A stretch of DNA of 64,000 bases from Desulfohalobiaceae bacterium S24 (GCA_011389765.1 JAABTT010000006.1:7483-71482); one strand, 5' to 3'; positions 17,579 through 26,785 are shown, counted from the stretch's first letter. Notes: generated by a model not told the origin, from the sequence alone. Translations and numbers: made by a program.

Positions 17579-17671
17579 TATACTGATCCGGCTTGGCTTT
17601 TTAGGATATACAGCCCTGAAGCCTTGGGATCAGCACTCTTCGTCATAAACAACCAAAATTGGATCAGTATA
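17579..17671. mobile_element. MITE family A, copy A3 (93 bp), filling the whole adaptor-pump intergenic gap
   Basis: TATACTGATCC at 17579-17589 starts immediately after stop 17576-17578. GGATCAGTATA at 17661-17671 is a perfect 11-bp inverted repeat whose last A is the A of the pump ATG. Confidence 0.8.
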
Positions 17672-20600
17672 TGATCTGGAATTTTTGCATACGCCGGCCT
17701 ATCCTGACGACGGTCATCTTTCTGGCCATATTCATCTTCGGTATCTTTGGATACACCCAAATGTCTGTGCGGGAGTATCCGGACATTGAATTTCCCATAG
17801 TCAATGTCAGCGTGGTTCTTCCCGGCGCAGACCCCGCAGTTATTGAAACCGAGGTGGTCGAGCCTCTGGAAGAGGCATTGAACACCATTGAAGGCATCAA
17901 GGAAATCACCTCCACCAGCCGGGAAGAAGTGGGCGTGGTCACAGTCGAATTCGAACTCTACCGGGATGTGGATGTCGCGGCCCAGGACGTGCGGGACCGG
18001 GTAACCCGGGCCCGGGCCGAGATGGCCGATAATATAAAAGAACCCAATATCCGGAAGATCGATCCCGATGCCCAGGCGGTGATGTGGGTGCCCCTGACCG
18101 GGGATGAACGCTGGGACACCATCCGTTTGACCAAGTATGCGGACGATGTGCTCAAGAACCAGCTGGAGGGCATGCCCGGCATCGGACAAATCAGCATCGG
18201 GGGGGAACATAAGTACGCGGTGCGCATCAAGCTGGATCCTGCCCGTCTGGCGGCCTATCGCCTCACAGTGCAGGATGTGATCAGGACCATCCAGCAGGAG
18301 AATGTCGATATTCCGGCGGGCAGGATTGAAAGCACCAACCGGGAATTTCTGGTGAAAACCAGCGGACAGTTTCCTACAGCCGAACCTTTCAACCGCCTGA
18401 TTATCGCCGAACACAACGGTGCGCCGGTCCGCCTGCAGGACGTCGGCCGGGCCGTGGACGGCCGGGAGAACGACCGCAATGTGGCCCGGTTCAACCAGGA
18501 GCCCTCGGTTGGTCTGGGGGTGGTCAAACAGTCGGACTCCAACATGGTGGAAGTGGTGGAGCGGGTCAAAAAAAGACTAAAAATCCTGTCCCGGGATTTT
18601 CCCCCGGGTCTCACATACGACATTGCTTCGGATGATTCCACCTATGTCAAAGAAAATATCAATGACCTGATCACCACCATCTTTCTGGCCACCGGTCTGG
18701 TGACCCTGGTGGTGATGGTTTTTCTGGGCAGCGCCCGAGGAACCCTGATCACCAGTATCGCCATCCCGACATCTCTCCTGGCCGGCATGGCCATTGCCTA
18801 CTACCTGAACTTCAGTCTCAATGTTATTTCTCTGCTGGCCTTTATTCTGGTCATCGGCATCGTGGTTGACGATGCCATCGTGGTCCTGGAAAGCTGCTAC
18901 CGGCATATGGAACACGGAGCGGAAGCCAAGCCTGCGGCCCGCACCGGAACCACGGAAATCGCCTTTGCGGCCATAGCCAACTCCTTGTCCCTGGGCGCCG
19001 TTTTTATCCCGGTTGCCTTCATGCCCGGAATGATCGGGCGCTTCTTTTACGAGTTCGGGCTCACTGTGGCGGTAACTGTTTTTGCCTCTACCTTTGCCGC
19101 CCTGACCTTGACCCCCATGCTCTGTTCCCGATTTCTGGCTATTCCGGACCAAAGCAAAAAGCCCTTTCTTCTGAAAATCACGGATCCGGTCTTTCGCAAC
19201 CTGGAAAAATTCTACGCGCCGCTGCTGGGGGCGGCCCTGCGCTGGCGTTGGATCACCGTGAGCATCGGAATACTCGCCTTTATTTTCGGACTGTTCATTT
19301 TCAATCAGTTGGAGTCTGAATTCACTCCGGACGTGGATCAAAGCAAATTCATGGTCTCCTTTGAAACAGTGGAAGGCTCCACCCTGGAGTATACCGATCA
19401 ATATGCCCGAACCATTGAAAAGATCATGGCCGATATCCCGGAAATCCGCTCCTTTTTCCTGGCCATCGGTCTGTCCCGGGCCGGACCGGGAAAAGCCAAC
19501 GAGGGCATCAGCTTTGTCCGTCTTTCCCATCACAGTGAACGGGAGCGCAGCCAACAGGATATCATGCAGGAACTTCGCTCAAAGATCCATCAAGTGCCCG
19601 GCGTGCGAGGGTATGTTCTGGAAGCCGGTGGGCCGATGGGCGCTGAAGCGCCCCTGCAGATGGTCTTGAAAAATCCGGATCTGAATGATCTGGCCAGACA
19701 GCAGGAATATCTCATGCAATGGATGCGCAGCCGGCCGGAGTTTGCCGGGGTCCGCTCCAATATGCGCCTGGACAAGCCGCAAGTACAGGTATCCATTGAC
19801 CGGGACAAGGCCGGAGAAATGGGTGTTTCCCTGGCCCAGATTTCCAATTCCCTGCGTTACATCTTTGGAGATCCGAAAATATCGGAAATCGAACAGGACA
19901 ATAAACGCTACGATGTTATTTCTGAAATCATCACCGAGCACAATGTCCCGGACACCCTGTACAATCTCTACATCAGAAACGCAGGCGGCGAAATGATCAA
20001 TCTGGCCAACCTGGTGGATATTCAGGAAAACGTCGGACCGAGCGAAATTCATCACTTCAATCGCAGCCGGGCCGTGACCATTTCCTCCGAGTTGCCTGCA
20101 AACGTACCTCTGGGCACGGCCCTGAATACCTTGCAGAATTATGCGGATAATGAACTGCCCCCTGATTTTGATACGGCTGTGGCAGGCGAAGCCCGTGACT
20201 TTGAAGAGTCTTTTTTCTATCTGAGCATGGCCATGGTCTTTGCGGTTGTCTTTATCTTTCTGGTCCTGGCCGGTCAGTTCGAGTCCTTTGTCCACCCCTT
20301 TACCATCCTGACCACCATGCCCCTGGCCGGGGTCGGGGCCTTCGGCGCCCTCTACGCTTTTGGCATGACCTTTAACATCTTCTCCTTTATCGGGGTGATC
20401 ATGCTCCTGGGACTGGTCACAAAAAACGGAATCCTGCTGGTGGATTATGCCAATGTCCTGGTGGCCAGAGGAAACACGGTCAGGCAGGCCGCCAGAGAGG
20501 CGGCTCTGACCCGCTTTCGGCCGGTGCTGATGACCGCAATCTCCACGATTCTGGGTATGCTCCCCATCGCTCTGGGCTATGGAGCCGGCGGCGCAGCCCG

Positions 20601-20796
20601 CTCCCCCATGGGAGTGAGTATCTCCATGGGCATGTTTGCCTCCACTGCCTTGACCCTGCTGGTCATCCCGGTAGTCTACACCCTGTTGCATGCCCTGCAG
20701 GACAGGATACTTAGGCATAAACTGCTCTCTTTCGGCATCGCCCTGGTCCTGGCCCTCCTGGCCGGGGGTATCCTCTGGTGGAGGAATTTCGGATAA
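17671..20796 (+). CDS. RND efflux permease (AcrB/HAE1-like, 12 TM)
   Basis: About 1040 aa. MIWNFCIRRPILTTVIF..., large periplasmic loops, conserved VVDDAIVVLE. ATG 17671 is preferred over TTG 17659. Confidence 0.92.
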   Translation: MIWNFCIRRPILTTVIFLAIFIFGIFGYTQMSVREYPDIEFPIVNVSVVLPGADPAVIETEVVEPLEEALNTIEGIKEITSTSREEVGVVTVEFELYRDVDVAAQDVRDRVTRARAEMADNIKEPNIRKIDPDAQAVMWVPLTGDERWDTIRLTKYADDVLKNQLEGMPGIGQISIGGEHKYAVRIKLDPARLAAYRLTVQDVIRTIQQENVDIPAGRIESTNREFLVKTSGQFPTAEPFNRLIIAEHNGAPVRLQDVGRAVDGRENDRNVARFNQEPSVGLGVVKQSDSNMVEVVERVKKRLKILSRDFPPGLTYDIASDDSTYVKENINDLITTIFLATGLVTLVVMVFLGSARGTLITSIAIPTSLLAGMAIAYYLNFSLNVISLLAFILVIGIVVDDAIVVLESCYRHMEHGAEAKPAARTGTTEIAFAAIANSLSLGAVFIPVAFMPGMIGRFFYEFGLTVAVTVFASTFAALTLTPMLCSRFLAIPDQSKKPFLLKITDPVFRNLEKFYAPLLGAALRWRWITVSIGILAFIFGLFIFNQLESEFTPDVDQSKFMVSFETVEGSTLEYTDQYARTIEKIMADIPEIRSFFLAIGLSRAGPGKANEGISFVRLSHHSERERSQQDIMQELRSKIHQVPGVRGYVLEAGGPMGAEAPLQMVLKNPDLNDLARQQEYLMQWMRSRPEFAGVRSNMRLDKPQVQVSIDRDKAGEMGVSLAQISNSLRYIFGDPKISEIEQDNKRYDVISEIITEHNVPDTLYNLYIRNAGGEMINLANLVDIQENVGPSEIHHFNRSRAVTISSELPANVPLGTALNTLQNYADNELPPDFDTAVAGEARDFEESFFYLSMAMVFAVVFIFLVLAGQFESFVHPFTILTTMPLAGVGAFGALYAFGMTFNIFSFIGVIMLLGLVTKNGILLVDYANVLVARGNTVRQAAREAALTRFRPVLMTAISTILGMLPIALGYGAGGAARSPMGVSISMGMFASTALTLLVIPVVYTLLHALQDRILRHKLLSFGIALVLALLAGGILWWRNFG

Positions 20797-20853
20797 TCCT
20801 CGACTGTTAAGTTGTTCATCCGGATCAGGGGAAAATTCCGAGGATTTAATATA

Positions 20854-20882
20854 TGTCAGCTTTGCCAGAGGCAAAGCTGACA
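20854..20882. repeat. Hairpin repeat family D (GTCAGCTTTGCC-N3-GGCAAAGCTGAC), copy 1
   Basis: Perfect 12-bp arms. The same hairpin occurs at 52024-52053, and an imperfect copy at 23373-23400. Each lies 13-60 nt upstream of a start codon. Confidence 0.8.
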
Positions 20883-20894
20883 GAGGAATCGACC

Positions 20895-21191
20895 ATGAAA
20901 CTTCTGTTCATCAGCTTCCATTTTGAATATTCAGAGGAAATCGAAGCCATTCTGGACCAAAATCAGGTTCAGGATTTCGTCCGCTACCCCATGCTGGAAA
21001 GCAAGGATATTGACGGCAAGCATTTCGGCAGCCAGGTCTTTCCCGGCAATTCGTCTGTTGTCCAGGCTCTGGTTGATGAAGAGTGTCTCCAATCCATCAA
21101 GGAAGACCTGCGGGCCTTTCAGCAATCCAAAATCTCCCGCCGCCATTTGCAGGCCTTTGTGCTGCCCATCGAAGCCGACTTGTTGGAATGA
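20895..21191 (+). CDS. Small cytoplasmic protein downstream of the RND pump (possibly P-II-like transporter-associated family)
   Basis: 98 aa from ATG 20895 (MKLLFISFHFEYSEEIEAIL...). The family assignment is from memory only. Confidence 0.45.
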   Translation: MKLLFISFHFEYSEEIEAILDQNQVQDFVRYPMLESKDIDGKHFGSQVFPGNSSVVQALVDEECLQSIKEDLRAFQQSKISRRHLQAFVLPIEADLLE

Positions 21192-21240
21192 AAAGTTTTT
21201 TCAGGTGGAGTGCCGTGTTAAGCGTTGGGTTGTTCATCAC

Positions 21241-21348
21241 CCGTCATTACGAGGCGTCTTCGCCGCCCGCCGGCCGAAGCAATCTCAGGCGATAAGGCTT
21301 GTCCCCTTTGTTTGAAAGATTGCTTCGCTTCGCTCGCAATGACGAACT
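21241..21348. repeat. Inverted pair of a GTCATT(A/G)CGAG...GAAGCAATCT-type element
   Basis: CGTCATTACGAGGCGTCTTCGCCG...GGCCGAAGCAATCT at 21241-21290, and the reverse copy AGATTGCTTCGCTTCGCTCGCAATGACG at 21318-21345. Followed by low-complexity CCAATTT repeats. Confidence 0.6.
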
Positions 21349-21613
21349 CTGGTCAATGCTCTTCTCCAATTTCCAATTTGTTCCCTTCTTTCATGCCGGC
21401 ATCCCGGCATTCCATCATTCCAGCATCTCCCCGTTTCCCCAATTTCAAATTTCCAATTTCTCTTCTCCCTCCCCGAAATATCCCCCTTTCCATTCACTTT
21501 GCTGCTGATTAGAGTAAAGCAATAGCTGTTTGTGTTCCTCAGCTAAAGATTTGCAGCGCCCCTGTGCGATACGCCCGCAGGCTGAAGAAATTCGGGGCAT
21601 AAAGTGAACCCTC

Positions 21614-22819
21614 ATGGAAACTGGAACGAGTATCACTCTCCTGACCGTTGGAGGTCTCCTGCTTCTGGGGCTCCTGGCCAATTACCTGAGTCCGAAGCTG
21701 CACATCCCACGGGTCACGTTGCTCATTATCGCCGGTGTCGCCCTGGGTCCCTCGGGATTCGACGTTCTCCCCCAGGATCATGAACGCTGGTATACGATTT
21801 TCTCGAATATCGCCCTTCTGATGATCGGGTTCATCCTCGGGAGCAAGCTCTCAATTGCCTCCTTAAAGGATTACGGCAACCAGGTTTTCTGCATCTCGGT
21901 CTGCGAAGTCATCGGAGTATCCGCCCTGGTCTTCATCGGATTGATGCTCTTCGGCACGCCAATAGAAGTGGCTCTGGTTCTTGCCGGAATCGGGCCGGCT
22001 TCGGCTCCGGCCGCCGTAACCAACGTGGTCGAGGGTCTGCGGGCCAAAGGTCGCTTCACTGATACCCTGCTGGGAATCGTGGCCATTGATGACGCTTGGG
22101 GTCTCATCGTCTTTTCCATTCTCCTGGCCGTAGCCATGGCCATCAGCGGACATGGGGGCTGGACTGAGGCCTTGTCCAGCGGCGGTCTCGAACTGGGCGG
22201 CGCCCTGCTCATCGGTATCCTCCTGGGGGTGCCGGCGGCCTGGCTGACCGATCATATCCGGGCCGGCGAACCCATGCAGGCCGAAGCTCTGGGCTTTATT
22301 TTCATCTGCGGAGGTCTGAGCCAATTGATCAATGCCTCCTTTATCCTGGCCGCCATGGTCATGGGTGCGGTCATCGCCAATACCGCCAAACATACCGACC
22401 GTGCCTTCGATACCATCCGGGAATTCGAGTGGCCGATCATGATCCTGTTTTTTATTCTGGCGGGTTCAAGCCTCCATATCAGCAAGCTTCCGGAAATCGG
22501 ACTCATCGGTGTAGCCTATATCGGTTTGCGCATATTCGGCCTGGTGGCCGGAGCCTATCTCGGGGGCAGCATCAGCAATGCAGGGAGGCACATCAAAAAA
22601 TACATGGGCCTGGCCATCACCCCCCAGGCCGGCGTGGCACTGGGCATGGTCCTGGTGGCCGCCAACCATTTTCCCGACCTGAAAAACACCTTCATTCCTC
22701 TGGTGATCGGGACAACCGTGGTTTTTGAAATCATCGGCCCCATGTTCACACTTCTTGCTATCAATCTCTCCGGGGAATCAGGGCAAAACTCATCCGAAGC
22801 TCAACAGGACCCTGAGTGA
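21614..22819 (+). CDS. Cation:proton antiporter (Na+/H+ exchanger family) membrane protein
   Basis: 401-aa polytopic ORF with glycine-rich TM helices typical of CPA-type exchangers. Confidence 0.75.
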   Translation: METGTSITLLTVGGLLLLGLLANYLSPKLHIPRVTLLIIAGVALGPSGFDVLPQDHERWYTIFSNIALLMIGFILGSKLSIASLKDYGNQVFCISVCEVIGVSALVFIGLMLFGTPIEVALVLAGIGPASAPAAVTNVVEGLRAKGRFTDTLLGIVAIDDAWGLIVFSILLAVAMAISGHGGWTEALSSGGLELGGALLIGILLGVPAAWLTDHIRAGEPMQAEALGFIFICGGLSQLINASFILAAMVMGAVIANTAKHTDRAFDTIREFEWPIMILFFILAGSSLHISKLPEIGLIGVAYIGLRIFGLVAGAYLGGSISNAGRHIKKYMGLAITPQAGVALGMVLVAANHFPDLKNTFIPLVIGTTVVFEIIGPMFTLLAINLSGESGQNSSEAQQDPE

Positions 22820-22916
22820 CTTCTCACCTATTTTTCACCCTTTTCATTCCGAAAGCTCAGCCATATACTTGAATGCGTGGAAAAGGGAATTTCAAATTGT
22901 TTCACCAAACAAACCA

Positions 22917-22948
22917 TATCTGAAAAAATGCCTGCATTTTTTCAGATA
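22917..22948. other. Perfect hairpin (15-bp arms) immediately upstream of the desulforedoxin SD
   Basis: TATCTGAAAAAATGC-CT-GCATTTTTTCAGATA. Its outer arms (TATCTGRAAA...TTTTCAGATA) are shared with the hairpin at 23152-23187. Confidence 0.7.
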
Positions 22949-22962
22949 AAAGGAGCTGCACA

Positions 22963-23103
22963 ATGGCAAAAGTAAATGAAGTCTATCGTTGCAACAAATG
23001 TGGAAACGTGGTTGAAGTCAAACAGGGCGGCGCCGGCGATCTGGTCTGCTGCGGAGAGAACATGGAACTGCTCAGCTCACAGGAAGCTTCCGCCTTCAAA
23101 TAA
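22963..23103 (+). CDS. Desulforedoxin (free-standing Dx domain, 46 aa)
   Basis: Below the ORF-track size cutoff. AGGAG lies 7 nt before ATG 22963. My translation is [46 protein letters not shown], with the CxxC...CC rubredoxin-like FeS4 site of desulforedoxin. Confidence 0.85.
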   Translation: MAKVNEVYRCNKCGNVVEVKQGGAGDLVCCGENMELLSSQEASAFK

Positions 23104-23151
23104 GGAAAAATATTTGAAGGAATCGAGCCACCGTCATCCCTTTACCTGACA

Positions 23152-23187
23152 TATCTGGAAACAGGCAAATCTGCCTGTTTTCAGATA
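23152..23187 (+). terminator. Hairpin downstream of desulforedoxin (possible terminator; no strong U-tract)
   Basis: TATCTGGAAACAGGCA-AATC-TGCCTGTTTTCAGATA: 16-bp arms with one mismatch. Confidence 0.45.
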
Positions 23188-23459
23188 AAGGATCTCAAGA
23201 AACGGGTCCTGGATTCCGGCTTCCGCCTTCGCTCAGAGCTTCGGCGTGACAAGCCGCCGGAATGACGGAGGGTTTGACCCAAAGTTTCTTCGTTGATCAA
23301 ACTGGCAGTCGTGTCAAGATGAAACGCCGAACAGCTTATAGATTTATTGTAATAAATATCAGATAATTATGTTTCAGATTTGCCAGAGGCAAAGCTGACA
23401 CCCCAAAAAGATATATCGGAAAATTTCTCTTGAAATTTTTCGATAAAGGAGAAGGTCAC

Positions 23460-24035
23460 ATGCAGAATCAGACAGCCGTAATGTATTTTTCCGATCGGGA
23501 ACGCAGCGACTTTCCAGGCATGTCCAAATGGTTCAAGGGAATCGGCATTGCCGTCCTGATCATGGGCATCCTGGCCGTTATCCTCCCGTATATAGCCACT
23601 CTGACCATCAACATCCTGGTGGGCATCGTTTTGCTGATCACCGGCATTCTCCACCTGGCCCATGCGATCCAGGTGCGCAAATGGCGATCCATTACCTGGG
23701 AAATCCTGGTGGCGGTCCTGTTTCTGCTCATCGGGATACTCTTTCTGGTTTATCCGGCGAGCGGGATCGTGGCCTTGACCATTTTCCTCGGCATATTTTT
23801 TCTTCTGAATGCCGCCTTCAAGATCCCCCTGGCCATGAGCTGGAAACCCAGGCCCGGCTGGGGATGGTTGCTGACCAGCGGCATCCTCTCCGCCCTCCTG
23901 GGGCTGCTGGTCCTGATCGGCCTGCCGGGCACCGCGGCCTGGGCTATCGGACTGATTCTGGGCATCGATCTCATTTTTTCGGGAATCACGCTTCTGGCCC
24001 TGGGCACAAAGATGAAGGGGCTGGTGGTGGAGTGA
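23460..24035 (+). CDS. HdeD/DUF308-like membrane protein
   Basis: AGGAG lies before ATG 23460. About 190 aa with 6 TM segments carrying repeated GI.LLI.GIL motifs. Confidence 0.55.
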   Translation: MQNQTAVMYFSDRERSDFPGMSKWFKGIGIAVLIMGILAVILPYIATLTINILVGIVLLITGILHLAHAIQVRKWRSITWEILVAVLFLLIGILFLVYPASGIVALTIFLGIFFLLNAAFKIPLAMSWKPRPGWGWLLTSGILSALLGLLVLIGLPGTAAWAIGLILGIDLIFSGITLLALGTKMKGLVVE

Positions 24036-24255
24036 GATCCTGAGGATTTCGTTCATATCCAGAACAGAAATCCTTATAAACCTGATTCACCAGCTGCTTT
24101 GCCGGCTCGAGGTACCCATTGTTCCCTTCCCTGGGCAACGACAGAAAATTGCCGAGCAGAGGTAGCGGACAGGCTTTGCGGAAGTGCTCAGCCCGTTTTG
24201 TTCGACAATGGAGGGTGCTGACAATCATCACAGACAGAACTTTTGAGTCAAAAGA

Positions 24256-24399
24256 CTAGTCTGAGGCTTCTTCTTCAATAGCTTCACCGGTACTCTCGAC
24301 ATCCTGTCCGATTCCCTCCAGAGTATTACATCCGACGAATCCAAAGCACAGGCTGCTCAGCAGAAAAACAGCGAAAAAAAATGAAATGATTTTTTGCAT
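24256..24399 (-). CDS. Entericidin-like small lipoprotein (47 aa)
   Basis: Below the ORF-track cutoff. AAGGAGAG precedes the ATG. My translation is MQKIISFFFAVFLLSSLCFGFVGCNTLEGIGQDVESTGEAIEEEASD*. It has a lipobox (VGC) and GCNT..G.G.D....G.AI as in EcnA/EcnB. Confidence 0.7.
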   Translation of the reverse strand: MQKIISFFFAVFLLSSLCFGFVGCNTLEGIGQDVESTGEAIEEEASD

Positions 24400-24451
24400 A
24401 ACACTCTCCTTTTCGATTTTTAAATGAACCAAAGCAGGTCATCACCGAGAT

Positions 24452-24486
24452 TTAGTCACTTATAAACTTTAGTCACTTTAGTCACT
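24452..24486 (-). promoter_or_regulatory. Three direct TTAGTCACT repeats upstream of the entericidin-like gene
   Basis: Copies at 24452-24460, 24469-24477 and 24478-24486, with another AGTCAC at about 24506. They lie 53-87 nt upstream of ATG 24399. A direct-repeat layout suits a response-regulator-type binding site. Confidence 0.35.
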
Positions 24487-24509
24487 TTTTCTGCAACAGC
24501 AGGAAAAAG

Positions 24510-25313
24510 TCACGGACGACATTGCGGCCTTCGGTTCTGCTGCCCGGCCCGGCGGTAGAGCTCAAGTGCTTCCGGCAGATGGGCCTGCAGGGACTGAATC
24601 CGGGAATAGTCCGAAGGGTGGGTGGACAAAAATTCCGGGGGCTTTCCCCCTTCTCTGGCCATGTTTCTCCAGAGCTGAATGCTCTGTTCTGGATCGAATC
24701 CGGCCCTGGCCATGTACTGCAATCCGAGAATGTCGGCTTCCTGCTCCTGGGAACGGCTGAAAGGCAGGAGGAGGCCGACCTGGCTGCCTAGACCGAGCAG
24801 GGCCATGATGGTTCTGGTGCTGCCTCCGACCTGCCCTTCAAGAAAGGCACTCACCGTCTGAAGCCCGGCCTGGGTGGCATACTGAGAGGACAGCCGGGCA
24901 TTGGGATGACCGGCTGTGACATGGGCGATTTCGTGTCCAATCACCGCGGCCAGCTGGTCCTGATTATCGGTTACTTTGAGCAGCCCGGTATACACTCCGA
25001 TATATCCGCCGGGCAGAGCAAAGGCATTGACGGCTTCATCATTGTCAAAGACCGTAATATGCCACTGTTTGCTGCCCGCGGAGGCCGGCAAGGCCGAATT
25101 GATAGAACGGACCACGCAGTTCACAAAGCTGTTCACGTCCTGGCCTCTGATAACTTTCTCGTCCTTTTTCAATTGACGGTAGGACATCCGCCCCATTTCG
25201 GACAACTTTTGCGACGAGAAGAGTTGGAGCTGGTTTCGTCCGGTGGGAGAGGTCGCGCAGGCAGTGCACAAGAACAGAATGAACAGAATAGTGTAAAAAA
25301 ATCGATGTTTCAT
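24510..25313 (-). CDS. M48-family Zn metalloprotease, lipoprotein/exported
   Basis: 267-aa ORF with a signal/lipobox-like N-terminus (LFLCTAC) and the HEIAHV zinc motif. Confidence 0.85.
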   Translation of the reverse strand: MKHRFFYTILFILFLCTACATSPTGRNQLQLFSSQKLSEMGRMSYRQLKKDEKVIRGQDVNSFVNCVVRSINSALPASAGSKQWHITVFDNDEAVNAFALPGGYIGVYTGLLKVTDNQDQLAAVIGHEIAHVTAGHPNARLSSQYATQAGLQTVSAFLEGQVGGSTRTIMALLGLGSQVGLLLPFSRSQEQEADILGLQYMARAGFDPEQSIQLWRNMAREGGKPPEFLSTHPSDYSRIQSLQAHLPEALELYRRAGQQNRRPQCRP

Positions 25314-25335
25314 GCAGAACTCCCTGTAGTATCAT

Positions 25336-25377
25336 AAAAAAATCAGCCCCGGGACCAAGTCCCGGGGCTGATTTTTT
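25336..25377 (-). terminator. Intrinsic terminator after the cytochrome c peroxidase gene
   Basis: AAAAAATCAGCCCCGGGAC-CAAG-TCCCGGGGCTGATTTTTT: a GC-rich stem with a U-run in the minus sense. Confidence 0.75.
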
Positions 25378-26785
25378 AGAGACAGAGCATAAACGCGACG
25401 AGATCTTTCTTTTCCTGTGAGGAAAGATCCAGGCCGAGAACCAGATTGAAAAATTCAACCGTGTCATCAAGAGTCAACAGCCGCCCGTCATGGTGATAGG
25501 GAGGCGAATCCTTGATCCCTCTGAGGGTGAAGGCCTTGATCGGACCGTCCGGAATGCTGTAATGATCACTGATCATTTCCGGCGTGTAAAAACGCTCCAG
25601 CTTGAGGTCCTGCATCTCGTGGTTGGTGTAGGCCGGAGCCGGATGGCATGCCGCACAGCGGGCCTTTCCGAAGAAAATTTTCTCTCCCCGCAATTCCTGT
25701 TCCGTTGCTTTTTCCTTGATGAGCCTTCCTGTCGCATCAAGCTTCGGGGCCGGCGGAAAATCGAGCATATTCTGCATCTGGGCCATCATGACCACCTGGC
25801 TGGCCCGGTCCGGAAGATTGACCCCTTTTTTGGCTGCAGTGACGTGATCACCGTCAAAATAGGCCGTCCTCTGCTCAAATTCGGTGAAGTCCTCCACCGA
25901 ACGCAGGGAACGTTTCGACCCATGGATCTGCTGATTGTACAAGCCTCTCAAACTGACTGTGTCCATACGCATGCGCGCCGCCTGGGGACGGGTGTCCGGA
26001 TTGAGGTGAAAGGCAGCATTGGTGTGGCCGTTGACATGACAATCCATACAAGTCACCCCCAGACTCGGTTCTTTGACCTTGCGATCAAAGGTCTGGTTGA
26101 ACTGCTGCTGGGGAAACGGGGTCAAAAGCAGCCGCATGCCTTCCATCTGGACAGGAGTCAGGATGCCGTGAAAAATTTCATAGTAGTTCTTGATGGAGAG
26201 CACCTTGCCTTGTGAGACATCTCCGAGGTCAGGACGGCTTGTCAGATAAATCGGAGGTGGAAACTCCGGGATAAAATGCGTGGGGATATCAAATACTGTG
26301 TCAAAGCGCTCCAAATTCCGATCTTCCAGCTCGAGCATCTTCTCAATTTGTTCCTGGGGAAAGACCTGTCCGCCGGTACTGTGTTTGATGTGGGGCAACG
26401 GCCGGAACCCCGGGGGAAAAAGATCTTTCCTTTTAATCTCGGCAGGGTCCATTTCCGAAAGCTCTTTCCAGCTCACATCACCATGCAGCTTGACCCGCAC
26501 CCCGCGCTGAACCGCCTTGCGTCCGGCCGACATCATGTCCTCGGAAGGTCGGTCACTCAAATCGTAGCGTTTTTCCAGCAATTTTTGCTGCCGCTTTACG
26601 TACTTTGGCTTTGCGGCGCTGTCCTCCTCCATTATTTCCTTGAAGCTTTTCTCCATAACCACCGGCATATATGTGGCTTTGTCCATTATGGCTGTCTTTT
26701 GCTCCGCCGAAACAAAACCGCCGAGTACAGTTAAAATCCCGCCAAAAGCCAAACCAACTGCGGCAATGAGCGTCGTTTTTTTCAT
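25376..26785 (-). CDS. Di-haem cytochrome c peroxidase family protein (exported)
   Basis: 469-aa ORF with a signal peptide and two CxxCH motifs (CMDCH, CAACH) in the CCP/MauG-like arrangement. Confidence 0.8.
   Translation of the reverse strand: MKKTTLIAAVGLAFGGILTVLGGFVSAEQKTAIMDKATYMPVVMEKSFKEIMEEDSAAKPKYVKRQQKLLEKRYDLSDRPSEDMMSAGRKAVQRGVRVKLHGDVSWKELSEMDPAEIKRKDLFPPGFRPLPHIKHSTGGQVFPQEQIEKMLELEDRNLERFDTVFDIPTHFIPEFPPPIYLTSRPDLGDVSQGKVLSIKNYYEIFHGILTPVQMEGMRLLLTPFPQQQFNQTFDRKVKEPSLGVTCMDCHVNGHTNAAFHLNPDTRPQAARMRMDTVSLRGLYNQQIHGSKRSLRSVEDFTEFEQRTAYFDGDHVTAAKKGVNLPDRASQVVMMAQMQNMLDFPPAPKLDATGRLIKEKATEQELRGEKIFFGKARCAACHPAPAYTNHEMQDLKLERFYTPEMISDHYSIPDGPIKAFTLRGIKDSPPYHHDGRLLTLDDTVEFFNLVLGLDLSSQEKKDLVAFMLCL

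Noticed and set aside
19579-20874. 431-aa and 325-aa (18577-19554) ORFs antisense to the RND pump. Also 46511-47668 antisense to ppsA, 7328-8359 antisense to cheBR, 53287-54399 antisense to ntpI/ntpD, and 13450-14409 antisense to the kinase.
   Set aside because: All are embedded in well-supported genes on the other strand. Their compositions are His/Gly/Asp/Gln-rich with no recognisable domains. I treat them as shadow frames, not overlapping genes.
23986-24231. 81-aa reverse ORF overlapping the hdeD-like 3' end
   Set aside because: No SD or motif, and it overlaps a better-supported gene. It could be a remnant, but I cannot support any call.
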